From contig NC_069000.1 of assembly GCF_001194135.2 (NCBI RefSeq), positions 798,275 to 862,274 of the forward strand: a stretch of 64,000 nucleotides of DNA, in the 5' to 3' direction. Of the stretch, positions 1 to 37,100 are shown piece after piece. Under the pieces are notes generated by a model that was given only the letters and a program-made list of their open reading frames with translations, was not told where the DNA came from and ran no database searches. The position numbers and the translations under genes were made by a program. The first letter of the stretch is position 1. Each line of letters opens with the position of its first letter. Origin of the DNA: Octopus bimaculoides. Lineage: Eukaryota.

Positions 1-19
1 ACTTATTCACACACATGCA

Positions 20-75
<56 letters not shown>

Positions 76-519
76 AATGTACAAGGTGTTCAGGCTCCTT
101 TTTTCAGGAAAAGCTTGCACCTCTAGATTTTAGCTTATTTCTTCAATATTCTCAATTTATTATATGTTGGCATGTTTCACAAAGATAAATGGATAAACTG
201 ATTGTCTTAGACTCAGTTTAAGACCAAAGATCTAATCAAGAAAATAGAAGCATTGACTTTCTGGTGGTTTCACAGTGAGTTGTTTTCCCAGAATACAGTA
301 GGCACTTATTGTAGTGCTTTCAATATGTTTTATAATTTTCAAACCACATTTTTATAAATTACTCAGTAATATCTTGCTTTCAGTTTTGATAAAGTGTCAA
401 GTATTATTGTAGCAGAATCATTAAAGTAACAGAAGAAAGCTTCATGGTGTTTGTTCTGGTTGTTTATGTTCTGAGTTCAGGCTCCATCAAGATCAGCTTT
501 GTCTTCCAGGGTGAATAAA

Positions 520-1113
520 AGAAGGGAAGACAATACTTTAACACGACATTTTTTTTTGGTTGTCAATCAATTCGTGCGGCACCTATTTCTCAAGTATTTT
601 TGTTTTTCCAATCTCTTTCAAGTGGTTGGAAATTGTCGTATATGTTATGTCTAATTCTGAAGCAAGCTCTCAAACAGTTTTGCATGGATTGGCTTCAACT
701 AAGGCTCTTAGTTGATCATTGTCAACATCCGATGGTCGACCACTATGCTTATCACCTTCAAGACGCTCATCACTGCTATGAAATTTCTTGAACCACCATT
801 GTGCTGTATGTCCATTAGTGGTTCCTGGGTGAAACGCATCGTTGATATCACGAGCTGTTTCAGCAGCTTTTTGGCCTAGCTTGAACTGGAATATGATAAT
901 TGTGCGAATTTGTTTTTTGTCCATGCTGTATTCAACATTCTGGAAAAAATGGTCTAATTATTCAAAAAGAAAAAGAATAACACGATTAGATAGAGTGAAA
1001 AACAGGCTTTAAAATGATATATAAAATCAAAGTAATTTTATGAAAATTAATTTGAAAATACATCATTTAAAACCAAATTAAAAACTCTGCAAGAACTTTC
1101 TTGACAACCTAAT
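520..1113 (-). mobile_element. Truncated mariner (Hsmar1/SETMAR-like) transposon remnant
   Basis: ORF 924-670 MDKKQIRTIIIFQFKLGQKAAETARDIN...WWFKKF...SGRP matches the mariner N-terminal HTH. It continues frameshifted to a VPHEL motif near 570-585. TIR-like TATTAGGTTGTCAAG at about 1099-1113. The catalytic domain is absent. Confidence 0.9.
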
Positions 1114-1351
1114 AGTATTCACGTTTGTGAGAGCAGCTGAGTTTATTTCAGATATTCTTATTTTAAAAATCATCTCTGGCTAACCGTTTAGGGGATGTTG
1201 GTGTTACCTTGGTGGAGGTTTGCACTCTCTGAGTGCTCTTGTTAATATTATTACAAATACTATACAATTCCATTTCCTAATCGACTTGAATTTGAGATTT
1301 TCTGTCTGTGTGAGGATTCCTTATTTGATTTAATTTTGATTATTTAACTAG

Positions 1352-24470
<23,119 letters not shown>

Positions 24471-25052
24471 ACAAACAGTAAGTTTTCTCTGCAATCCAAG
24501 AGTTTTTTTTTCTCTTGTGGTATTTGTTGTTGTTGATATTTCAGCTTAATTTAACTCTGATCAAATATGTTCTTGCTGTGACTCTTCTCTTTTTCATCTT
24601 TTTCAGTTTTAAAGCCTCTGATTAAAACATCTTTAATCATCAGTCACACCTGAACCAGCAAACCTATAATTATTATTCCATCCTTGACATTCCTGTCATT
24701 TTAGGGGTATCTATGGCTATATTATGCACTGTGTCCCTTTATTAGTTTTAAAGAAAGTAAAATTGAAGAAAATTAGTGGCATCAGTCTTACACATTTTCA
24801 TTGCTTTGCAACGCTTTCCTTTTCTTGGGACTGAATCAATAAAAAAAAAACTTACAAAAAAGTATGATTTGACTGATTTTATCTAACAGGGCAAGTAACA
24901 TTTTTTGGTTGTTTTTTTTTTTGGGGGGGGGACTTTTTTTAATAGTTTTTGTTGTTGTTTGTATGAATCAGAGAGTATTGATTGCTATTAATGTATTTTC
25001 ATTGGTGAATGGTTGAACTGAGAAGAGGAAGAATTGGATAGAGAAAGGGGTT

Positions 25053-26004
25053 NNNNNNNNNNNNNNNNNNNNNNNNNNNNNNNNNNNNNNNNNNNNNNNN
25101 NNNNNNNNNNNNNNNNNNNNNNNNNNNNNNNNNNNNNNNNNNNNNNNNNNNNNNNNNNNNNNNNNNNNNNNNNNNNNNNNNNNNNNNNNNNNNNNNNNNN
25201 NNNNNNNNNNNNNNNNNNNNNNNNNNNNNNNNNNNNNNNNNNNNNNNNNNNNNNNNNNNNNNNNNNNNNNNNNNNNNNNNNNNNNNNNNNNNNNNNNNNN
25301 NNNNNNNNNNNNNNNNNNNNNNNNNNNNNNNNNNNNNNNNNNNNNNNNNNNNNNNNNNNNNNNNNNNNNNNNNNNNNNNNNNNNNNNNNNNNNNNNNNNN
25401 NNNNNNNNNNNNNNNNNNNNNNNNNNNNNNNNNNNNNNNNNNNNNNNNNNNNNNNNNNNNNNNNNNNNNNNNNNNNNNNNNNNNNNNNNNNNNNNNNNNN
25501 NNNNNNNNNNNNNNNNNNNNNNNNNNNNNNNNNNNNNNNNNNNNNNNNNNNNNNNNNNNNNNNNNNNNNNNNNNNNNNNNNNNNNNNNNNNNNNNNNNNN
25601 NNNNNNNNNNNNNNNNNNNNNNNNNNNNNNNNNNNNNNNNNNNNNNNNNNNNNNNNNNNNNNNNNNNNNNNNNNNNNNNNNNNNNNNNNNNNNNNNNNNN
25701 NNNNNNNNNNNNNNNNNNNNNNNNNNNNNNNNNNNNNNNNNNNNNNNNNNNNNNNNNNNNNNNNNNNNNNNNNNNNNNNNNNNNNNNNNNNNNNNNNNNN
25801 NNNNNNNNNNNNNNNNNNNNNNNNNNNNNNNNNNNNNNNNNNNNNNNNNNNNNNNNNNNNNNNNNNNNNNNNNNNNNNNNNNNNNNNNNNNNNNNNNNNN
25901 NNNNNNNNNNNNNNNNNNNNNNNNNNNNNNNNNNNNNNNNNNNNNNNNNNNNNNNNNNNNNNNNNNNNNNNNNNNNNNNNNNNNNNNNNNNNNNNNNNNN
26001 NNNN
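25053..26004. other. Assembly gap; other gaps at 9367-9505, 13239-13248, 13602-14314, 40278-40734, 55913-55922, 57073-57299, 58218-58227
   Basis: N runs, most abutting (TA)n or other SSRs. The long poly-X ORFs in the track are artefacts of these gaps. Confidence 0.99.
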
Positions 26005-26088
26005 TATAATAGTAATAATAAAAAAAAATTCACATTTGCAAAGAGTGAAAATATAAGCACAAGATTTGTGTTTGTTATTTGGAGTTGT

Positions 26089-26300
26089 TCATTGCTGCAG
26101 CAAGGGAGAGTCCTGTAGATTGTTGTCAGTCAAACAGACAGTCTGCTGTCTGATTGCATCAATACCACTACCACAATTACTACTACTACTACTACTACTA
26201 CTGCTACTACTGCAAGCGGTTAAGTCTTTCCCTGTGTTATTTTGGTCAATCTCTTTGTTTGTTCGGTGAGTAGTAGTACCAGCTTTAGCACCAGCTGAGT

Positions 26301-26344
<44 letters not shown>

Positions 26345-29300
26345 TTGTCAATGCTGTGGCTGCTGAGTCCACTATTACCACCACGACTAGTGGTGGGAGC
26401 AGTGGTGGTGGCAGTGGTGGTGGTGTTGTTGTTGCTGATGATGATGGAAGACGTTGTAATGGCAGTGGTGGTGGCGGTGGTTGTGGTGGTCATGATGGTG
26501 GAAGCATTGATGTTGCTATTGTGAATGAACTTGGATGCTTCCGAGATGTTTGAAAGAGAAGGGTGACCAGCAATGTGATCCAAAGAACGGAATTTGTCCA
26601 GGGATGTGGAAGCATTGACAATATGGCCATCATTAATGACAACTGAAAAAGAAAGAAAGAAAAACATGATTTAGTGTATTTCTGTTGAAATATTCTGCCC
26701 CTTTGTTTCAATTAACTTTGAACAAATATTCAAGAATTTACAACTTTAAACAGGTTTTTTGGAATACAAATTAATATGAAATATTGATAGGAGGTTTAAT
26801 CTAGAACAGTTTAAAATGGGAAGTTTGTACAATGGAGTCAGGGGTGGCCTTAGGCAGTTTGATATTAAAGAGGTTGAATAGTTTCTGTGTAGTTCTTCAC
26901 ATCAGACAAGCTACAGACATTATAGTAATGCTATTTCAACCATTGTTTTCATGCAGATGGCATCCTTCAGTACATCTATTTTTACTACTGTCTAATGACC
27001 CCTACAGGGTTTTGTTCAAGAACAGATCACACTGCTGAGTATGGGGATCAAAACCATGAACTTACAACTGGGTACCTGACCCCTACAAGAAATTCAACTT
27101 ACAAGTTGCTGTTTCCATATTGGGTAGCACTATGGTTTGATTGGACGGCTGGCTTGATGTGGCTAAAGAGCTGCTCTCATTGGATGCTGCATCCCCAATC
27201 CCATCAGCATCTCCAATAGACAGAGGACTGGAGCTACCCGAAAGGTTACCATCGAGAGTCGTAGGTATCTGGGGACGTAGATTGGCAATATTTTCAGGCC
27301 AGAACCTTTGAAGAGGTCGATTCGGTGGCTTATTTTTCTTCACTTTGGCTTGGTCAGGATTGCTGGCATCCAGCATCGGCTGCAATATACGTCGACGAGC
27401 GTTGATGAACCTGGAAAGAGTAAGAGAGAAAAGCAAACAAAGAACTGAGTTGAAAAATTGTTTTCTCTCAAAGAATCAGTCTTGAAACACAAGATTCATC
27501 TTTCCCCATCTCCATTCCCACCATGGCATATATACTTGTCCAAGCTTATAGACTTCATCATCCTCATCGTTTTAACATCTACTTTTCCATGCTTGTCTGG
27601 GTCAGACAGGAGTATACTGAGGCAGAGCATCCTACAGTCAGATATCTTTCCTGTCACTGACTCCCCACCCTGTCTCCATAGGGGGTAATAATCTCCCAGT
27701 TTATCAACCAACAAACAACCCAGACATGTTTACAAACAACACCATATGAACAATCCTTGGGACGTCTGTATGTTTATGATTTAATTCTCAAAGATTTATC
27801 TATTAATATGTTAAAAAAACAAAGACAGGACCCTACTGCCAGCTGGGAAGGGGCCATTGTCAATATGAAAAAAAAAAAGGTGTAGGAGTACCCTGTATAA
27901 AACCATGGGGCAGAAGAGATGCAAAGAGAGGAGAGGCAGGCAGAGAAGATGATTAATTTAAGATAACAATAAAATAGTTTTTATCATTGAGCTTACCAGT
28001 TGTTGACTTGAAGTAATGTTAGGTTTGTCTGGGCTGCAATTTGTCTTTTTTCATCTTCTGAAGGATATGGGTGCTTGAGAAATGAAACAAATTTGACACA
28101 TCAGGAATTGAAACATTTGCAAGTGACCAGCTTCACAACTGAAAATGCATTTCATTTACACATTGCTATTTCTTTGTTCCAGTTCTTTTGGGAGTATTTT
28201 TGTTATTTCAAAAACAACTCTTATCTTTTCAATGGTTATGTGCTTAAAACATGTGCTTCACAACCATTTTTTTTGTGGGTTTGCTCCTCCCTGAAAGACA
28301 TTTTGACTGAATGTTTTCTGCCACAGCCTTGAGGTATCAGAGAAATCTGGACAATGTAAACGCACACACATGTATGTATGTACTGGTTTCAGGTACTGAC
28401 CATACTGGAGGACTGCCTTGAATGTTTTAGTGGATCAAATGATCTACTACAAAATTCTGGTCCATTTTTGTTGAAATGCTATATTACAAGGACATAAACT
28501 AACAGCAGCCATCAGTGCCCTGCAAAGGCCAGATATGAAGAGAAACAAACACACCCCACCCCCTCTTATGAGGGTGTCAGGGTTTAGTGCAGCATTCGGG
28601 GCAAGTTGGATCAGAAGAGAGCTACACAGGACAACAAGTGAAATTATCAATGTAGGGGTTTTAAAAGTAAAAGTAAATGAAGGATTGAAAGGAATTTAAA
28701 ATTTACACGAAAGAACTAAACCAAATACAAACCACAATATTCTGAAAGAGCCAGGATCTCATAATTTTAGTTGCAGTCTTAGGCAGGATTCCTCTTTTAG
28801 TTTTTCTTTTACAAATCATATCTTCATCATCGGAACCAAGTTGAGCAAGGCTGCCCATAGGAGTGATCTGGGTTGGTGCTGACAACAGACAACAGAAGAA
28901 TAATGCAGGGAGACAGAAAAGCAAAACAGACAGGGAGACGAATAAATAGATAGGTGAATCATTTAACATAGATATGTGTTTATTTGTCTGATCTACAAAT
29001 TATATCTTGTAGAAATGGATAGTTTGGGGGTTGATTGAATCAGCTTACACCATACCTCACTAGAAAATTTCTGATCTTCTGTCTATATAAAAAATTATTA
29101 TTATTAATATTATTTGGCAGAATCATTAGATGGCAAGACAAAATACCTTGTGGTATTTAGTTACATCTCTTTAACAATCTATGTCCAAATTCTGTTGAAG
29201 TCCACTTTGCCTTTCATTGTTCCAGAATCAGTCAGGTACTAAGTTACTGATATTTGCTAACCACCCCCACCTGCCTCCCCCACTAGTAAGTAATAGTAAT

Positions 29301-32300
29301 GAAAAGAGTCAGCCAAACAGACAGACAATCAAAGAAGAAGAAAATTGAAGAATATAAAAATATCATTCGCATTGTCGCATTTACCTGGAGTTGGTGGAGC
29401 AGAAGTAACAGGGATTTGTCCGATGATGTTGGGAGTTCCAACAACACCAATCTGTGACAAAGGGGTACTACCATGAATAAGAGGTGAACCACTTGCCACT
29501 TGGTTAGGAAGTGAAGCAGTTCGAATCTGAAAGGGTAACAGACAGGGAGAATTCATTCAAAGAAAAAAGAGGAAGACTCAACAAGGATTTTATCCACTAA
29601 CAATAGTAAAGAGAACATTAACCTCACAAAGTACCCCCATGCGCTTCTCTCTCTTGTACATGGTATTTAATTATAATACACTGCTCCTAAATATACCCCA
29701 TTAAAATGACCATCACTGCTGACTGCTGGTGTTCAAGGAATCTTCACAAAAGAATAAATCACTAATTATGTCTGCTGCACTAATTGTCTTTTAACAAAAG
29801 TTAATTTCCCAAAATTTTGGTTATTGTAGTTATCTTCCTTGTTGAATGATTTTTCAGACTTTTAAACATCCCATGATGGAGGTTTTTGTTTACTAATCAC
29901 ATGGATAATCTCAGATGATTAAAGTTTTTTTTTAATTCATTGTACTCAATAAGTGAGACTATGTTGTGATTAAAAAAAACAGAAGTAGGTTTTTTTCAGT
30001 TGAGAACAATTTGTATGCAAAACTATTCTCAATGGACCTGCTTTGAGAAAATCAAATTTATGAGAAAGCCAATCTTTTGAGTCGTTTGATAGAATCAAGC
30101 AATTGAGCTCTGCTTGTGCATGGGTGATGCTTTGCTCCAAGTGAAAGAGGATCTAAGCAGATGCAATATTTGAGTTGAGAGAAACTATATTTCAACACAG
30201 ATCAGAGAATGTGAACAATAAACCAAAGTGTACAAACCTGAATTGGCTGTGCAACAATACCTTGTGGTGTTTGCACCATTTGATACACAGTTCCCCCAGA
30301 TACAATCTGCCCCTGTCCTAAGGAACCCATTGAAAGAGCAGCTGGTTGTACAGCAGCAGCAGCTAAACCCTGCTGAATGAGGACATTGTTGGCAGCCATT
30401 GAGGCAACAACTTGCTGCTGCATCTGCAACTGACCTTGGAGTGAAACAGCAGCAGCAGCAGCTGCAGCTAGAGTATTATTGGTGGTGGTGCTGGTGGTGC
30501 TGGTGGTAGTGGTGGTGGTACTGGTGCTATGGTGGTGGTGGTGGTGGTGGTGGTTGCTGGTGCTACTTCCGCTACCACCACCACCACCACCGCTGCTGCT
30601 TGTGGTGGTAGTGATGCCAGTGGTTCCAGTGGCTGATGATGGCCCTGTTGTAGTTGGAGTTAGCTGTGAGGAACTGGTGCTGAGAGAAGGAGTGACATTT
30701 CCTGAGTTGCTGCCACTACTGCTGCTCATTGAACCATCAAAATTGGGGGTTGGCGAATGCACCTCGGTGCGCAGGAGGTGCTCGCTCTGCATCTTGCTTT
30801 TCAGGCATGTTATATAACGGTTGCAGAAATCCTTGCACAACTCATTCACTTTCTCCAACTCCAGTAGATGGATACGTAAAACCTGAATAGCTTTCACCAT
30901 CTGAAGAAGAGGGAAAATAGAAACATTAGTTCAGCAGACACACAGTGAGTTCATGTTGACACTTGTTTCTAACACTTTACAACCCATGTTTCTGTTCCAA
31001 TAATCGAAGAACTTTCAAAACAAATTCAAAAGGACACTCAGAGAGCCATAGTATTAAGAAGATCACTTTGCAGCTATCAGATTCCAGTTTTGATTCCATT
31101 GCACATCTTGGACATCTTCATCTTCCATCACATATATATATGTATATATATTTGTATGTATGTATATATATTTAATTAGAAGCTTTGTTAACCTCATGAA
31201 GGGATGGTTTCATGCAAGAAAATACTGGTTCAACACCTAGTGTTATGGGGAATTAATTTCCTTAAAATAATAGGTATATATATAAACATATAGTTTATAC
31301 TCATATAAAAAAAGAAAAAGAAAATGGAGATTGGGAAGTTAATAATTGTTTATTATTAACAGCAAATTAATCATCTTTACTTCCAGCTGTTTCAATTAAT
31401 ACTCAATAAATATTAAGTAAATATTAAATTTATATTCATATGACCTGAGCATAAAATCTTCAGAGGGGAAAAAATATACCCTTGGATGTTTTATATGTGT
31501 TTATAGATTCATTATAGCAGACTGAATGATACGGTTTATGATTTGTATTGTTATATGTTCAGGTGAGGAGTTTACAGGTTGATTGGAGAAGCACAAAACA
31601 AGACTAAATATGGGATTATATAAATTGTGGCAAACTGTTGAAGGAGAGGGATGGCTCCAGCAGGGCTGCAGCAAGGCTCCAAAGACTGGTACCAGTAAAA
31701 CAATTCAATTTAGATAAAGGAAAACAAAATCACATTTTAGTTATGAAAATCTTTTTTAAAAGAATGTTCTGGATGCGTGATGGAACTTACTAAACTATCC
31801 AATTCTGTGTCATCACTGAAAAAAGGATTACGGTCCTTCTCCTGGTGTTGCACAAAAGCCTGAATGTCAACATCAAAACTATCTCCTGCTGGACAATCAG
31901 GGGTTTGAGTTGCACGTTCACATTTCTCAAATAACAGAGCCATCAAAGGAAAGAGGGGGTGCCTGGTTCAATACAAAACAAAAATACAATCTCACATTTA
32001 ATATAAATACAAAGAATTTCTATAAAATTAATCACATATTTAAAAACAGACTTACAGCCTTCTTCTCTCTGAGAGCCTTGCATGTCGGGACATGTCACTA
32101 TACCAGTAGTAACCTATGGATTCTTGATCTTGGGACCACATATCTTGTACCTTTATCACAAAACCATTCCCATCACTATGTTTCGTTTTTTTTTTCCATG
32201 CTTCCATGGCATCTCACCACTTGTTGTGGTCCCCTACACTTCATATTGTATCCCTACTACTGTTCCTTGTCAACTCCTCCTCCCTTTCTTTCCCTCCCCT

Positions 32301-34144
32301 AAATTGACATTCACTGCACCCAACTTTATTTCCATTTCTAATCATTTGTCACACTCTTTTCACACCCCACTGCACACACTGACCCACCCACACGTTTCTG
32401 TCCCTTTACCCTATTCTCCCTTTCCTATTCACCTTGTACCTTAACCTCACATCCTGCCTCTCTCTTTCCAGACGGGGAAGCCATGTATCCACCTCTTCAG
32501 CAAGACCCTCACTCCTGCCTCCCCATCATATTTTCATATCCCTCATTGCTATATTCCACTCGGTTGAGGAATCTTGTCTTGTAGGACCTGGGTGACCTCC
32601 CCAGTGCCAGTGCCACTACAAAACCCATCCAGGACACTCTGTAAAGCAGCTGGCCTTCTGAGAGGTGTCCAGATGTAGAAATCATGCTGAAGCAGACACC
32701 AGAGCTTGGTGCAGCCCTTCAGCTCATCACTCCATGCCAAACTGTCCAACCCATGTGAACAGGTGTTAAATGATGATGATGATGATGATGATGATGAAAT
32801 ATGAAAATACCATTTTGTTTGCTGAGATGAGATAGTGAAACAGAAGAATGTCAAAGAAGCTGGCATACCGACAAATTGCTTTCTTCTCATGTTCAAGACT
32901 ATGGGATTCAGAACTTTGTTGTCCGCTGCTGGTCGATTGCTGAGTAATCACAGACGTTGTAGTGCTTGTACCACTGCTGGTGGTGCTACTGGAAAACACA
33001 CGATTAAAACAATGAGAAATATCAAATGGTTTTGTATGGATGAGGTGACACACATATGAAGAGGAAGGAAAAATTGAAATTCTTATGTTTTTAGGAAAAA
33101 TATTCATAATAAAAGGAAACATGTATTTCCGATTTCACAATTGGTCTTCTATTTGGTCTTCAGCTTCATCACCTCAATCCTCTTGCCTATGTCTCATCCT
33201 TCCTTTAATATTTGCTGTAATGAGAATGTAGGTTCTCATTACACAGCCAGCCTTTAATAGTTTTCTTCATTAATTTACATAACATCAATTAATTAATTTC
33301 TCAAAGTTAATTTACGTATTTGGAGGAAGGAAGGTTTGATGTTTGCTCACAAAGGACAACTCTGGACATAATTCAGTCTATTAGACCTCCTCAGTATAGT
33401 TTAATCTACCAATCAGTCAACAAGGATTGCTACATATAGATAAAGGGTTACAAACAATTTGGCAATACTATTTAGGGTTTCTTAAGCTTTTAGAGCTGGG
33501 TATAAATCCTCCCATGGGATGTTATAGAAGAGATAGCTAATCCAATATTTATTAATATATTTCCATTGCAGAGAACCATGGGAAAGAGTTTTCTATGGTA
33601 GCCTTGTGACTGGGATTAAACAGATGAGAACGATATGAATGCCTCTGTGTGTGTGTGTGTGCATTGTGTGAGTGCTGCTATAAACAGTGGTGATTGATGT
33701 TCTGGAGATGAAGGACTGAACAAAATTATTTGAGCAGAGGTAGAAAGGAAGAGATAAGAGGAGAGACAGATGTGTCCAAGGTGGACTTAGGTAAAGGTAG
33801 TAAGTAACTTACTATTTCAGAGTAGCAGAAGATCATTGTAGAAGGTCATATTGTTTTGTCTTAAACAATCTGTAGCATGTTTTGAATTGTAAATAGCATC
33901 AATTTAAAACGTTGGCCAGTTACATCTTACTTAGACTTTTTTACTGAGTTTTCATATAGAATTACAATGAAAAGAGAAGATGGAACTTTTATGCCATCAT
34001 TCGACACATACAGCTCTTGCTAAACATCGTTAAAAAATGTATAAATTTGATCTAAATAAAAGAAAGAAAAGAAGGCCTTTACCTTTTCGACTCTGGTAGA
34101 TTAGGAGACGCTGTGGGTGACACAATGTGAGTAGTTGCCAACAT
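26089..34144 (-). CDS. PKNOX: TALE-class homeobox protein, PKNOX/Prep family (MEINOX/HM domain plus homeodomain), about 747 aa
   Basis: Coding exons (-): 34144-34083, 32988-32869, 31962-31791 ([15 protein letters not shown]...SFDVDIQAF), 30900-30238 ([30 protein letters not shown]), 29526-29385, 28878-28733 ([18 protein letters not shown]), 28073-27997 ([25 protein letters not shown]), 27410-27103 ([14 protein letters not shown]...NRPLQRFWP, characteristic of Prep rather than Meis), 26642-26089. The total of 2244 nt is divisible by 3. The last exon is less certain. Confidence 0.93.
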
Positions 34145-37100
34145 TGGAAGAGTGTTTTGGTAAGTGGTGGGTAACACCACTTCTATGACCCATCTGGACT
34201 AAAACATCACCTACACAATAACAACAAAGAAAAAAATAACCTTGAAGCTACCTCTGTGTAAATTATGATATTAAATTATATTTACAAGAATGAAATGACA
34301 ATTATCAATGAAAAAATTGTGATTATTTTAATTCATAATTTATTCTTTTATTAACCTACTGTCATTGGCATTTGGCATTTCTAAAATGTACCTGAGATTT
34401 ATGACAGGTGAATTAACATTCACGACAGGTGAAGTGTTTCATTTTCTAAGGTGTTTCTTGATAAGAAATCACAATAACTGGGTGTATTGTATCACTGCAC
34501 GACACAACTCATTGTATCTCAGAAAAAGACATTAGTAGGCATTCTGTTTCTCTATTATACAGTTAAGTGTGCAGTTAGAATATGGTATACGGCCTGGCAG
34601 AGCCTCTACACGGTTATTTGACATACTAGAAATAGCAGCCAAATCTCCCTCAAACCACATTCCAGTTTTAGAACTCAGTGGCCAATTACTTAGTTCTTGT
34701 AGAGAAATCTCTTGAATGAAAGAAAAGTCAGTTGCTGGGTAAATGCCTTTCCCAGCTTTTTTCTCAGCAGGTTTCATCAATCATGGACCCCACAGTCTCC
34801 TGTCCCTCACACAACTTTCTGTAACCTTTAAACATGCTCTCTCTCTCTCTCTCTAGCTTTTTCTTCCTTTCCCTTTTTTCAGATGTCACCAAAATGTTCA
34901 TGGCTTTTTTTTTTCATATGATGATCAATGAATTTAGCTTGATACCTTTTGATATTATTAACAAGTTTTCTGCTAACTTCTGTTCATTAATGTATTGGAC
35001 AACATCCCATTTCTTTTGAAAGGACCAGATGTCCACAGAGGGGGGAGGGGGGATGGACGTCAGAAGGGTGCAGGCTAAGCTGGTTCCATCTCACGTATGC
35101 CACTTGAGGCTCCCCAATCAGATGGTCCAGATGTCTTGTGGAGATCCCAGTTAATGAGGACATGGCAAGAGGTCACCAAGTGAAAAACCAAGAGGGGCAG
35201 TGAGCTTGGAGATCGACCCATTCCAACCATAGAAGTCCTTTTTAATTTGGTAAAGCATGATTCGAAGGAATTTGGCAGTTATTTCTAGCCTATCGATCAA
35301 CTGTGTACAGTTGACCTCGTTGGTAAATAAAATAAGTTATAAGCTAACGAGCAAGTATCTATATTCGACCTGCTAGAAACAGCAGTGAATTTTTACTATT
35401 ACACTCGTCTCCAAACTCTGATTAGCGGACTTTCAGAATTGTTTTCACTACCTTATGAAGAAGTTAAACAAACTGGGTGATTATTTCCTTCTGTAAAAGA
35501 ATTTTCTGTCCCAAAAATTTGATTTTCCACATTTTATGTCTAAACACAAATTTCGTTCCCTTTTCTGGTAAATTTTTACAATTATCCTGACCCACGAGAC
35601 GAGTGTAACTGAGGAAATACAAAAAGTAACAGCCAGTTCCCCTTCAGTCACAGCTATGTTAGCAAAAAAACAAAAAAAAAAACAACTTTAATCATAAATC
35701 AGCTTGATGAGGTTGACCTAGGGTTAAACAACACGATTAAATAAACCAAGGTACGAAAATACGTTTATATATATATAAAAGCAGTATTAATTTGTTTTTT
35801 TTAAAGTTAGTAATTAAATAAACTAGAAGAAACATAATTTACAACATATATAAGTAATAATTATAATCAACATTCACACATAACATAGATTTAGTTGCGC
35901 TAATTACAAAACATTGGTAGAAGTGTAGTTTGGTGTGTTAAATTCCTTCGGAGCCAAATGGAATAAAAATAACCATCAGAATTCCTCCGAAATATAAATT
36001 CGTTTAAGACTTTTTTTTCCACTAACCATTGATATTAAATTTTATGTTAAAGAGTTTTAGAATGAATTTCTGCTTCTAAAAAGATACAAATGAAACGTTC
36101 ATTAGTAGAGTTTTTACAACAACTACAAGCATACCCATATACACTGTTCAGAATTATTCCATCTTTCGTTTTGATCCACAAAATAAATAAAATAAATAAA
36201 TATTTCATGAATGATAGTGAAATTTTCAAGAGTTTTCAGATCTCTTATATGGGAATATAACTAACGATTTGAAATGGTATTTCAGTCGATTCTGAATGTT
36301 TTTCTAATAATATATTTTAACCTCTGAAACTTTTTAGTGACGAGACAGAAACTTTTTACTGGAAATGTTTGAAATTTGTCCTCAATTTGTCACAGACATG
36401 TGGAGTCCCGATTTTAGGAAAAAGATATTTACCATTGTTGAGTGAATGCAACGTGCTTTTAATATAAAATGCTATTTATTTAGCCTTGCTCACATTATTA
36501 TATAAAACCTGAGTTTTTGAAAAAAGAATAAAAAAACGATCTAATGAGGTTTTTTTAAAAAACATTTTAAATGTTTCACTGCATATTCTCGTTAACGATT
36601 TTTTTTTAATTGTAAATTCCAACACATTATTTTCGCTGAAATCCTCAAATTAAATGAAGACAAATCAAAACACATTTTTATTGGAATATAATAAACGATT
36701 AGAACTTTCGATAACAAACACTTAAAGCGGTGAAAATCTTGTAAGGTTTCGCTCGCAAAGTGAAATATTGACGGTAGAATTTAATTCCAGGAGTACTTCG
36801 CTTTTGTAGTATTAATTGTTTGTGACAATTACACAATGTGTGTGAATATGTTTACTTTGGGATTTCTTATGTTTGTTTTTTCTTTTTTGTTCGTGCAGAA
36901 TACTTTTGGAATGAATATAAATAAAATAGCAGAAATCTTTAGAACTTTCAACATAGATCTACGGTTCTATTTCGATCCTAAACCTGATCTGGGGGTCTAA
37001 ACAACAACTAATATCGCCATGTTTTCAAGAAGGCACTAAATGATTAATTAAAAATTAAACTCCTTTCGGCAATTAATTAGGGAGACAGAAGACTAGGAAA

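Noticed and set aside
555-590. Apparent second mariner TIR (GGTTGTCAA)
   Set aside because: It is coding sequence of the VPHELIDNQ region; the match to the real TIR is coincidental.
30479-30817. + strand ORF with poly-Val/poly-Trp, and similar ORFs at 26356-26553 and 10101-10514
   Set aside because: Antisense or alternative-frame shadows of trinucleotide repeats, with no coding support.
26089-34144. Meis/homothorax identity for the TALE gene
   Set aside because: [22 protein letters not shown] and SFDVDI motifs are Prep/PKNOX-type.
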